Of a DNA stretch of 31,073 nt, positions 9,043 through 16,448 are shown piece by piece (the first letter of the stretch is position 1; each line of letters begins with the position of its first letter). The notes under the pieces are model-generated. The model did no database searches. It saw nothing but the letters and a program-made list of their open reading frames with translations, and was not told the origin of the DNA. Origin of the DNA: a virus (taxonomy: Duplodnaviria; Caudoviricetes); the IMG/VR virus record IMGVR_UViG_3300005805_000306, positions 1 to 31,073 of that record; one strand, given 5' to 3'. Made by a program: the position numbers and the translations under genes.

Positions 9043-9278
9043 CAAAACCAAAAACATTTACAGTTCTGGTGCCGAGGGACGATGTTGAGTGCATCGATTG
9101 GTGCTGGGAAAAATTTGGTACTCCTCAGTTTTTAAGAGAAGATTTACCTGCACGATGGACCTACAATTATAATCGTGATGGGAAAGTCACCATACAACTG
9201 ATATTTTTTGCTGAAGCTGATTATCAGTTGTTCAAAGATACTGGCATGGACACATGGAGCTGGCTGAAAGATCAATAG
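9039..9278 (+). CDS. Small paralog-family protein 5
   Basis: CIDWCWEKFG...LIFFAEADYQLF. Confidence 0.8.
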   Translation: MTKPKTFTVLVPRDDVECIDWCWEKFGTPQFLREDLPARWTYNYNRDGKVTIQLIFFAEADYQLFKDTGMDTWSWLKDQ

Positions 9279-9286
9279 GGTGCAAC

Positions 9287-9514
9287 ATGAGTAGATCAAT
9301 GAAATACAGAGCCCTAATCAAGTGCAACAACAATCTGGAGTTTGAAGTGTTTGATTGGTGTTATGCACAGTTTGATTTTCCTGCCATCAGCAAAAACAGA
9401 TGGGAATGGGAGGCTTACACCTGGGATAGCTACCTGTTTGGTTTCTCTGACGCCAAGGACTTTGCTTGGTTTATGTTGAAGTTTGGAGGCGACAGATGTT
9501 CCATAATGAACTAA
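9287..9514 (+). CDS. Small paralog-family protein 6
   Basis: VFDWCYAQF...YLFGFSDAKDFAWFMLKFGG. Confidence 0.8.
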   Translation: MSRSMKYRALIKCNNNLEFEVFDWCYAQFDFPAISKNRWEWEAYTWDSYLFGFSDAKDFAWFMLKFGGDRCSIMN

Positions 9515-9741
9515 AAGTATATGGAACCCTAATAGGCTATCAGCTAAAGGAATTCAAATTCAGTGTGAGGATTAAAAACTCCGATAAAGCATACCATTGG
9601 TGTCTTGAACATTACGGCAAGGAAGGCATCCGATGGAATTGGGATATCAGTGAGGACTTTGAATACGATGTCTGGTTCTTTAAGACTGAGCAGGATCTAG
9701 TTTGGTTTATGCTGAATTGTGGAGTTGAAATTGAAAAATAA
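9496..9741 (+). CDS. Small paralog-family protein 7
   Basis: AYHWCLEHYG...WFFKTEQDLVWFMLNCG; SD ggagg 9485-9489. Confidence 0.8.
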   Translation: MFHNELKVYGTLIGYQLKEFKFSVRIKNSDKAYHWCLEHYGKEGIRWNWDISEDFEYDVWFFKTEQDLVWFMLNCGVEIEK

Positions 9742-10015
9742 GTTCGCAAGCAATCCTCAATCATTGCCTAAGTTATATAATGATGACAGCAAGAAGGAAC
9801 GATTCAAATTCTATGCGATTTTGAATCTAGTGGTAGATATAGATGACAATAATTCAAAATTTCTATCTGCGTACAAGTGGTGTGTAAATCAATACGGTCA
9901 GGAAGACGTGGGTTGGGCGTGGGATCTTACTAAGGACTGTTGTCGCGAAGTATTCTTTTTCAAAACTGAGCAAGACCTGAGTTGGTTTATGTTAAAGTTT
10001 GGAGGGGAACTATGA
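9731..10015 (+). CDS. Small paralog-family protein 8
   Basis: AYKWCVNQYG...FFFKTEQDLSWFMLKFGG; TTG start with SD ggag at 9721 (alternative GTG 9719). Confidence 0.75.
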   Translation: MKNKFASNPQSLPKLYNDDSKKERFKFYAILNLVVDIDDNNSKFLSAYKWCVNQYGQEDVGWAWDLTKDCCREVFFFKTEQDLSWFMLKFGGEL

Positions 10016-10251
10016 GTGACACAGAAGTCTATCATAGCGAATACGGCAATTGGCCAGTTAAAATCAAAGTCTTTGGCATGCCATTATTCGAAAAATACTT
10101 TTTATGGTGCGCGGAAAATTTGGGAGATCTAGGCGGTAGATGGTATTGGAGGTCTCCTTTTCATTCATCTGTATCTGTGTACATTATGTTCTTCAAAAAT
10201 GAAGCTGATTACATGTGGTTTGTGCTAAACTGTAAAGACACAGATGCGTAG
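10012..10251 (+). CDS. Small paralog-family protein 9
   Basis: FLWCAENLG...MFFKNEADYMWFVLNC; SD ggagggg. Confidence 0.8.
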   Translation: MSDTEVYHSEYGNWPVKIKVFGMPLFEKYFLWCAENLGDLGGRWYWRSPFHSSVSVYIMFFKNEADYMWFVLNCKDTDA

Positions 10252-10456
10252 AACACGTTTCACAGTCCGAGTACCATTATCCAATGATCGAGTGTTTGAG
10301 AAGCGGTCGTGGTGGAATTATCCGCTATCGCCCGAGCTAAAAACTTGGCTAGCTGAATACGGTTCCAAACCAAAATATCAAAGATATGGTGCCGATATAG
10401 TATTTGCTTTTAAGACTGAGCAGGAAGCCCTGATGTTTTCGCTGAGGTGGCTATGA
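10244..10456 (+). CDS. Small paralog-family protein 10
   Basis: LSPELKTWL...VFAFKTEQEALMFSLRWL. Confidence 0.8.
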   Translation: MRRTRFTVRVPLSNDRVFEKRSWWNYPLSPELKTWLAEYGSKPKYQRYGADIVFAFKTEQEALMFSLRWL

Positions 10457-10692
10457 GATCAACACCAGTTGACCAAAGGCACAGACACACTGTTAGGATT
10501 CCCGTAACCAACACTCAGGCTGTTTATACCATATATAATGGCGCTTCTACCCGATATCACTTGTCATCGGAAATGTATGACTGGCTTGTTGAGTACCGCT
10601 GCGATCCAGGAATTCAATATTGTAGATCATATATTGTGTTTGATTTTGGAACCGAGCAGCAGGCCATAATGTTTGCGTTGAGATGGTTGTGA
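10453..10692 (+). CDS. Small paralog-family protein 11
   Basis: LSSEMYDWL...VFDFGTEQQAIMFALRWL; ATGA overlap. Confidence 0.8.
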   Translation: MRSTPVDQRHRHTVRIPVTNTQAVYTIYNGASTRYHLSSEMYDWLVEYRCDPGIQYCRSYIVFDFGTEQQAIMFALRWL

Positions 10693-10713
10693 ACTGCAAG
10701 ATGACCAAAAGAC

Positions 10714-10742
10714 TTGAACTTTATCGGGCACCGTAGTAGACT
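10714..10742 (+). promoter_or_regulatory. Sigma70-like promoter
   Basis: TTGAAC-17-TAGACT. Confidence 0.55.
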
Positions 10743-10750
10743 TAAATCAT

Positions 10751-10830
10751 AACAGATAGAAGTTGCGGGCCACAGAACATCGTGGTTGCGGGCTTCAGAT
10801 TATCTGTTTAATTGAATCCCGAAAGGTGAA
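10751..10830 (+). promoter_or_regulatory. Structured 5' leader (long hairpin plus GAAA mini-hairpin over SD)
   Basis: AACAGATA 10751-58 pairs with TATCTGTT 10801-08; GAAG/CTTC; CCAC/GTGG; direct repeat GTTGCGGGC twice; CC-GAAA-GG overlapping AAGGTG. Confidence 0.55.
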
Positions 10831-10835
10831 AATAG

Positions 10836-12071
10836 ATGTCTAAAACTCAACAGATGCCTGTGTCACAGGCAGCCTCTTACGCGAGCCAGCGCAACCAGGA
10901 GCTCACTTCCGCACATTTCCAGAACAAGGTGTATGAAGATCTGCCCAGCCGATACTTCAACACTCTCAAGAGCAAACCCAAGGCCGTTCAAGCCGCTATC
11001 CTGAATCTGGAAGCCGGCGTCAAAAAGATCTGGGCCAAAGACGCCAACAAGAAAGACATCCGGGCGGTATCTGATATGTGCTTGCCCAGTTCCAACAACA
11101 TCAAGCTCAGTGACATCCGTATTGAAGACAGTGTGCAGCGTCAGCTGGATCTGGATCACGTTTTTCATATTGTGTCCAATTGGGATTGGGCCCAGATGGA
11201 TCCGCCCAAGGTTTACTTTGATCCGGTCGCCAAGCAGTATCTGTGCTTTGATGGACAGCATACCTCAGTGGCACACTGGTATATTATCACCCAGATCCTG
11301 AAGCTGTCTTCTAATGAAACCATCCCGGTCACCATTTACGACTACGCTGTGATGTCGCGTGTTCGCAAAGTGTTCGTCAACATCAACGACGGCAGTGGCA
11401 AGAAGAAGATTGAAGACATTGATCTGTGGCGCCAGCGAGTGTTGGCACTGCGACTGGATCAGGATCGCACCGAAGAAAATATCTGGGCCAACAGGTTGCA
11501 GGAAATCATGGAACGCTATGACCTGTTCATGACCGACGAAAAGTTTGGTGATCACATGATGCCCGGCGCATGCCATCGATTCCGCGAATGGAAAGAGTAC
11601 AGCCTGCAGGTGGCTGATACGTTTGCCCGGTACCAGATGCTGAACAAAATCAACACTCTGCGAGCTTGTGAAAGTAACGAGCAGGACATCTTGTTTGAAC
11701 TGTTTCACCAAGTTGCTAAGTCAGGAACTTCGTTTACCGACAATGATCTGACAGAATTGTTCAATTGGATGAATCAGAAATTTGGTGCTGATTTCACTCC
11801 GGCTGAAGGGCAGAAATACGCTGGCAGTAACTTCTACCGCAAGTGCAGGGCCAGTTTCGACAATTGGTGGAAGCAGTACAGCGCCAGCTTCAGTGTGACC
11901 ACCAACAAACCCCGGTTCAGCACCAAGTATTACATCTATGGCTATGTGTTCCTGACTGCCAGCATCACTGATGCCGTCCTGACCGGCAAACTGAACCTGA
12001 GTCAGTTGCCTGCAGACTGGAACTACCGCAACAATGATGGATACGTTCCGCTGAAAGGCGATCTGCTGTAA
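10836..12071 (+). CDS. ParB/Srx-superfamily (DGQHR/DUF262-like) domain protein
   Basis: VQRQLD, FDGQHT, VFVNINDG match the QR / DGQ(H/Q)R / FxxxN motif triad. Confidence 0.7.
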   Translation: MSKTQQMPVSQAASYASQRNQELTSAHFQNKVYEDLPSRYFNTLKSKPKAVQAAILNLEAGVKKIWAKDANKKDIRAVSDMCLPSSNNIKLSDIRIEDSVQRQLDLDHVFHIVSNWDWAQMDPPKVYFDPVAKQYLCFDGQHTSVAHWYIITQILKLSSNETIPVTIYDYAVMSRVRKVFVNINDGSGKKKIEDIDLWRQRVLALRLDQDRTEENIWANRLQEIMERYDLFMTDEKFGDHMMPGACHRFREWKEYSLQVADTFARYQMLNKINTLRACESNEQDILFELFHQVAKSGTSFTDNDLTELFNWMNQKFGADFTPAEGQKYAGSNFYRKCRASFDNWWKQYSASFSVTTNKPRFSTKYYIYGYVFLTASITDAVLTGKLNLSQLPADWNYRNNDGYVPLKGDLL

Positions 12072-12508
12072 TGCCTGCTCGCAAAACACTCAAACGAGTA
12101 GCTGACATCCTGAGAGAATCAGCTGATGGCAATACTTGCTGCGTTTGTGGTGCCAGTGTGACGGTGTTCACTGGCACCGGCAGTCAGGTGTTATGCGAGG
12201 AACATCAGGACAATCTTTACGTGAATGGAGGTACGGGCCGAATGGATCGGCCCCATACCTTTCACCGTAAAACCTGTTGTGACTGGTGTGGCTATGATCC
12301 CCTGAAGAATCCTGCTCTGGCTGGGATCACTGATCCCGAAGAGCTTACTCGAGTGCGTAATGCTTCCCTGGTGGGCGATCACATAATTCGACGCTCTGAT
12401 GGCGGTGACGACAGTGAACAGAATATCCAGACACTGTGTCGGAACTGCGACGCCATCAAAACCATGCTCAACAAAGATTACCTGCCTGGCGTCCAGAACA
12501 AACAATAA
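12071..12508 (+). CDS. HNH endonuclease with Zn-ribbon motifs
   Basis: CCVC..LCEEH, CDWC, DHIIRRSDGGDDSEQNIQTLCRNCDAIKT; TAATG overlap with upstream gene. Confidence 0.85.
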   Translation: MPARKTLKRVADILRESADGNTCCVCGASVTVFTGTGSQVLCEEHQDNLYVNGGTGRMDRPHTFHRKTCCDWCGYDPLKNPALAGITDPEELTRVRNASLVGDHIIRRSDGGDDSEQNIQTLCRNCDAIKTMLNKDYLPGVQNKQ

Positions 12509-12513
12509 TCTGT

Positions 12514-12768
12514 ATGAAGAACAAACGATATCTGCGTTACCTGAATCGATATCAACGTGACGTTTACCAGTACCACTGCTGGCCCACCACTTACGAAAGC
12601 TACGAAGAAGTGTTTGACTGGTGCGAACAAATGTTTGGATCCAGGCACAAGCGTTGGCAAGCTAAATATTTCAGTCATGACACTGGCGACCCTTTTGCAT
12701 ACAAAACCTTGTACATGTTCCGCAACCACAGTGACGCTGTATTGTTCAATTTGAGGTGGAACTCCTGA
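12514..12768 (+). CDS. Small paralog-family protein 12
   Basis: VFDWCEQMFG...RW...LYMFRNHSDAVLFNLRW. Confidence 0.8.
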   Translation: MKNKRYLRYLNRYQRDVYQYHCWPTTYESYEEVFDWCEQMFGSRHKRWQAKYFSHDTGDPFAYKTLYMFRNHSDAVLFNLRWNS

Positions 12769-12769
12769 C

Positions 12770-13006
12770 ATGAATACAGAGGTCTCCCAGACACTGATTG
12801 CCAATACCATGCACTATCCTGTTGAAACTTTTGATGGAGAACTAGTATTTGCAGTGGATCCCAGGATGCCAGAAACTGTCAAGTCAATGTGTGAAAATTC
12901 AGATTTACGAGAAATTGTGAAATATGCCGATGGCAGTATGCTGCTGTATGGCAGTCCAGCTCAGTTTGAAAAATTCTGGACTGTGTGGACCCTGATGACC
13001 CAATAA
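12770..13006 (+). CDS. Hypothetical protein
   Basis: 78 aa, tightly packed. Confidence 0.7.
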   Translation: MNTEVSQTLIANTMHYPVETFDGELVFAVDPRMPETVKSMCENSDLREIVKYADGSMLLYGSPAQFEKFWTVWTLMTQ

Positions 13007-13009
13007 ACC

Positions 13010-13228
13010 ATGAGACCCAATCCTTGCAAAGTCAGAATTTATTGGCCCAGCCCCTGGCTAACTAATCCCAGGTTTAGTCGCAGGCTCACACTATCGGAAG
13101 AATCTCGGAAGTTTATTTCTGAACACAACCTTGGAGATTACCGAGTGCAGAGTCACAACGGATTCGTCACAGTGATTTTTGAAAACCCCCAATCAGCAGT
13201 TTGGTTTAACCTGATCAACGGTGGCTAG
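13010..13228 (+). CDS. Small paralog-family protein 13
   Basis: KVRI...LSEESRKFI...VIFENPQSAVWFNLING. Confidence 0.7.
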   Translation: MRPNPCKVRIYWPSPWLTNPRFSRRLTLSEESRKFISEHNLGDYRVQSHNGFVTVIFENPQSAVWFNLINGG

Positions 13229-13258
13229 AGACTGAATATCATATGAATTGAAATAGAG

Positions 13259-13287
13259 TTGACAATATTTGAACACTCTGCTAGGCT
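13259..13287 (+). promoter_or_regulatory. Sigma70-like extended -10 promoter, leaderless
   Basis: TTGACA-17-(TGc)TAGGCT, ATG 13295 is 7 nt downstream. Confidence 0.7.
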
Positions 13288-13294
13288 AAAGAAT

Positions 13295-14194
13295 ATGCAA
13301 CTGACAGCTTACATCACAGTAGGGCTTCCAGCTTCGGGCAAGAGTACCTGGGCTCGAGAACATGTGGCTCAGAATCCCGACACGGTGATCGTGAACAACG
13401 ACACCATTCGCAACGATTATATGGATCGTGCCAAGATCACCAAGTGGACTTCTCAGGTAGAGGAATACGTCCGCACCCAGCGTGAACTGGCCATCAGCAC
13501 TGCCAAGTTCAAGCACCAGAATGTGGTCGTGGACAACACCCACATGAATCCCAAGACTCGCAGGCAGACTGTGGAATTCTGCCAGAATCTGGGCTACGCC
13601 GTGGAACTGGTAGACTTTCAGCATGTGAGCGTTGACGAGTGTGTGCAGCGTGACGCTCAGCGTGAAGGGCGTGCTCAAGTGGGCGAAAAGGTGATTCGCG
13701 ACATGTACCGCAAGTTTACCCCTCGTCCTGCTGAAGGCGAACTGCCGGATTGGCAGCCCAACGACCGTCTGACCAAGGCCGTCATTGTGGATCTGGATGG
13801 CACCATGGCGCAGATGACTGCTCGTGGACCGTTTGATGAGCATCTGGTGCATACTGATCGGGTGCGACTGTTTGTGCGCACCACTGTCTGGGCCTTGTAC
13901 GATGCTGGGTTTAAGGTGATTTTCATGAGCGGCCGCAGTGAACGGTGCCGCGATCTTTCCCAGCAGTGGATTGAACAGCAGTGCGGTTTTCAGGAATACA
14001 TGCTGTTCATGCGTGGTGCAGACGATCGTCGCCGCGACAGCGATGTCAAGCGTGATCTGTATCAGCAGCATGTGGAAGGCCGCTACAGTGTGATGTCGGT
14101 GTTCGATGATCGTGCGCAAGTCATCCGGGAGTGTTGGAAGCCTCTGGGCTTGCCGGTATTCCGCTGCGGGCTGATTGACGCTGACGAATTCTAA
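13295..14194 (+). CDS. pseT: T4-like polynucleotide 5'-kinase/3'-phosphatase
   Basis: P-loop GLPASGKSTW, VVDNTH, RDAQR; HAD motifs DLDGT, SGR, FMRGADDRRRD, VFDDR. Confidence 0.93.
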   Translation: MQLTAYITVGLPASGKSTWAREHVAQNPDTVIVNNDTIRNDYMDRAKITKWTSQVEEYVRTQRELAISTAKFKHQNVVVDNTHMNPKTRRQTVEFCQNLGYAVELVDFQHVSVDECVQRDAQREGRAQVGEKVIRDMYRKFTPRPAEGELPDWQPNDRLTKAVIVDLDGTMAQMTARGPFDEHLVHTDRVRLFVRTTVWALYDAGFKVIFMSGRSERCRDLSQQWIEQQCGFQEYMLFMRGADDRRRDSDVKRDLYQQHVEGRYSVMSVFDDRAQVIRECWKPLGLPVFRCGLIDADEF

Positions 14195-14197
14195 ATC

Positions 14198-14235
14198 AGC
14201 AAACGGTTGACTAGGATTCAACCGTTTGCTACACT
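14198..14235 (+). promoter_or_regulatory. Promoter embedded in a 13-bp inverted repeat
   Basis: AGCAAACGGTTGA / TCAACCGTTTGCT; TTGACT 14207 -17- TACACT 14230. Confidence 0.7.
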
Positions 14236-14266
14236 AAATCAAGTACGGAAACCCCTAAGGATTCAC

Positions 14267-14665
14267 ATGCCACTGGATTACGAAAATCTCACATCTGATA
14301 AGAAGTATGAGCTGATTACCAATGGACATTATTTTTTAAAGGCCGTGTGTAACGCGGGCGGCGCTGAATTGGCCAATGAAGTGTGGACTCAGCTGGCTGA
14401 CGTTGTGAGTCCAGTGTACCGCCAAGAGATGCTGATGCATCTGCTGACCGGGAGGATAGATCCTGTAGTGATTACTGGCGTGGGAGCCAACAAGATCAAC
14501 GCTATCAAGATCATTCGCACCTACACCAATTTGGGTCTCAAAGAATCCAAGGACATTGTTGACGACGCCCATTATCGCAACAACGGCAAGATTCAAATGC
14601 ACGATTATCGCAAGCGCGATGAGATGATTGCAGAACTCAGAGCCAATGGTTGCACGGTGCTGTGA
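14267..14665 (+). CDS. Ribosomal protein bL12 (L7/L12) C-terminal-domain-containing protein
   Basis: VVITGVGANKINAIKIIRTYTNLGLKESKDIVD...ELRANGCTV; N-terminal half is not bL12-like. Confidence 0.85.
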   Translation: MPLDYENLTSDKKYELITNGHYFLKAVCNAGGAELANEVWTQLADVVSPVYRQEMLMHLLTGRIDPVVITGVGANKINAIKIIRTYTNLGLKESKDIVDDAHYRNNGKIQMHDYRKRDEMIAELRANGCTVL

Positions 14666-15019
14666 TTGACTGAGCTGGAAAAACTCACAGAAATTCTGAC
14701 CTGGATACGCTCCTGTGGTGTCCGGGTCAGAATTCGTCAGGACCCCAGGCGTAAAGCCAAAGTCAATGGCTGTTACGAGCACAACACCATTGTGGTGTAC
14801 ACTCAGGATCGCCAGCAAGAAGCCAGCGAAATAGCCACAGCCTTGCTGCACGAATATGGGCACCACGTAGCCACCCAGTGCGTGGGGCTGTGGAACCATA
14901 CCGAGCAGGATGCTTGGGTACTGGCTGAACAGATGACTCCGTCAGATCTGCTGCCGCAGGGGTTCCACCAAACCAAAAAAATCTGCTTGGAGTCCTATGC
15001 TGCTAGAGGCCTACTATAA
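14666..15019 (+). CDS. Zincin-like metallopeptidase (HExxH, ImmA/IrrE-like)
   Basis: ALLHEYGHH...EQDAW. Confidence 0.7.
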   Translation: MTELEKLTEILTWIRSCGVRVRIRQDPRRKAKVNGCYEHNTIVVYTQDRQQEASEIATALLHEYGHHVATQCVGLWNHTEQDAWVLAEQMTPSDLLPQGFHQTKKICLESYAARGLL

Positions 15020-15029
15020 GCCCTGACAG

Positions 15030-15056
15030 CTAAGTTGTTGATTTTCAACAGGTTAG
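15030..15056. repeat. Imperfect palindrome / IHF-like site upstream of early promoter
   Basis: CTAA-gt-TGTTGA-ttt-TCAACA-gg-TTAG; left half recurs at 16062-16077, right half at 17744-17758. Confidence 0.65.
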
Positions 15057-15073
15057 AATTTTCTCAGACCAGA

Positions 15074-15111
15074 TTGACCCAGGTCAGACCATTTGCTATA
15101 CTATAAGAGTA
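15074..15111 (+). promoter_or_regulatory. Early promoter
   Basis: TTGACC-17-TATACT preceded by TTTGC and followed by ATAAGAGTA. Confidence 0.8.
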
Positions 15112-15435
15112 ATGGAGAACACCACCAAGCGCCGGGCCAAACGCAAAGATCGCACCCATGTTGTTTATCAGCTGGAAGTGCGTGGTATGCTTTACATTGG
15201 CATTACGGTCAAGAGCCGCAGCACGCCGCTCAAGAGCGTTTGGGATCGTTGGCAGAAGCACCAGAGCCGGGCTCGTATGGAAGACAAGAGCTGGCCGCTG
15301 TACAAGGCTATCCGCAAGTATGGCGCTGAAGCCTTCAGCTATAGCGTGGTGGAAGTGGTGCGTGGCAAGGCGCTGGCTCATCAGCGTGAACGCGAAATCA
15401 TTCGGGAAGTCAAGCCCAAGCTGAACTTGGCCTAG
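15112..15435 (+). CDS. GIY-YIG nuclease family protein
   Basis: VVYQL...LYIGIT, RWQKH, LYKAIRKYG, AHQREREII, KLN. Confidence 0.85.
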   Translation: MENTTKRRAKRKDRTHVVYQLEVRGMLYIGITVKSRSTPLKSVWDRWQKHQSRARMEDKSWPLYKAIRKYGAEAFSYSVVEVVRGKALAHQREREIIREVKPKLNLA

Positions 15436-15443
15436 GAGACGGT

Positions 15444-16067
15444 ATGAAAGTAATTGCTCGCAAGTGCCCAGTGACGGGCAAGCTGTTTGATAACGAGACA
15501 GGGTACCGTAAACACCTGACCAAAATTCGCAATACTCAGCAGTTGAATCGTTACCTCAGTCATGGCGTTCAGCAGGGCAATGCAGCGTTTGAATGGGCTG
15601 CCCAGAATGTGTCCAGCTCTGCTCAGTTTGAAGAATGGTTCCGCGAAAACTGGCAGAGCCTGGCGCTGCGAGGCGTGGGACGATATCCTTGGAGCTACCG
15701 GAGATTCCGTAGCATTTCACAAATTGTGATACCTGAAGTAAAGAGTGTCAAGCTAGAGGTCAGATTTGACCTTCAGGCCAACAATAGCCACAGTTGCCCT
15801 CGGAACGGCGTGACCAATTGGACCAGAGAAGCTCACAAACCCAAGGGTTATCCGGCTTGGGTGGGCCGCTTGATTTGGATTTGTGACGCACCAGAGCTCA
15901 GAAATCGTGGTGTGTATCTGGACAGTGACACGTTCAGAGACACCATAGTCAACATTGGCAGCGGCGGCGGCGACCATATCAGACATGAATACAGTGTAAC
16001 GCTGTGGGCCGACGATTGGCCTGCTTGGGATCGTAAGCGTACCTGGAATATTTTGGCCTCAAGCTAA
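15444..16067 (+). CDS. Hypothetical protein (N-terminal C2H2-like CPxTGKxF...H)
   Basis: SD aggag; 207 aa. Confidence 0.8.
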   Translation: MKVIARKCPVTGKLFDNETGYRKHLTKIRNTQQLNRYLSHGVQQGNAAFEWAAQNVSSSAQFEEWFRENWQSLALRGVGRYPWSYRRFRSISQIVIPEVKSVKLEVRFDLQANNSHSCPRNGVTNWTREAHKPKGYPAWVGRLIWICDAPELRNRGVYLDSDTFRDTIVNIGSGGGDHIRHEYSVTLWADDWPAWDRKRTWNILASS

Positions 16068-16094
16068 GTTGTTGATTCTGCTGGAAATAAAAAT

Positions 16095-16134
16095 TTGACA
16101 CCGTTTGGTCAGAATTGCTATACTAAAAGAGTAA
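16095..16134 (+). promoter_or_regulatory. Early promoter
   Basis: TTGACA-18-TATACT-AAAAGAGTAAAGGACAAC. Confidence 0.8.
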
Positions 16135-16145
16135 AGGACAACACG

Positions 16146-16376
16146 ATGAACAACTCCAACGAACTTTGCGATTTTTTGACCCAGCCCCAGGTGGAAGAGC
16201 AGTACGATGCTGAATACGACGCCTGGCTCCAGGAACTGAGCGCTGAACTGGACCGGATCGAAGCTGAGTTTGAGCTGGCTGATGACGCTCCGGGCATGCT
16301 GGAAGCGTACCCGGAATTGTGGGCTCGGATCAGCGACGTAGTGGGTTGCGACACCGAGGAAGAAACTTTGTCTTAG
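16146..16376 (+). CDS. Highly acidic 76-aa early protein (candidate DNA mimic)
   Basis: 22 D/E versus 2 R and no K; SD aagga. Confidence 0.75.
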   Translation: MNNSNELCDFLTQPQVEEQYDAEYDAWLQELSAELDRIEAEFELADDAPGMLEAYPELWARISDVVGCDTEEETLS

Positions 16377-16379
16377 TGG

Positions 16380-16408
16380 TTGACATGGGCAGGCGGGTTT
16401 GCTAGACT
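16380..16408 (+). promoter_or_regulatory. Early promoter
   Basis: TTGACA-17-TAGACT with TTTGC. Confidence 0.75.
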
Positions 16409-16448
16409 AAGAGAGTAGTAGAAAACACAACACACAACAGGAGAATTT

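Noticed and set aside
8298-10692. CRISPR array or DGR template/variable repeats suggested by recurring GAAGCAGAxGCAxTTTGGTT-like sequences
   Set aside because: The repeats are degenerate, in-frame coding ends of paralogous ORFs with mostly third-position changes. There is no adenine-specific mutation pattern and no cas or reverse transcriptase gene.
15112-15435. Group I intron or mobile homing element around the GIY-YIG gene
   Set aside because: It is a free-standing short gene with its own promoter, with no interrupted host gene or intron core visible.
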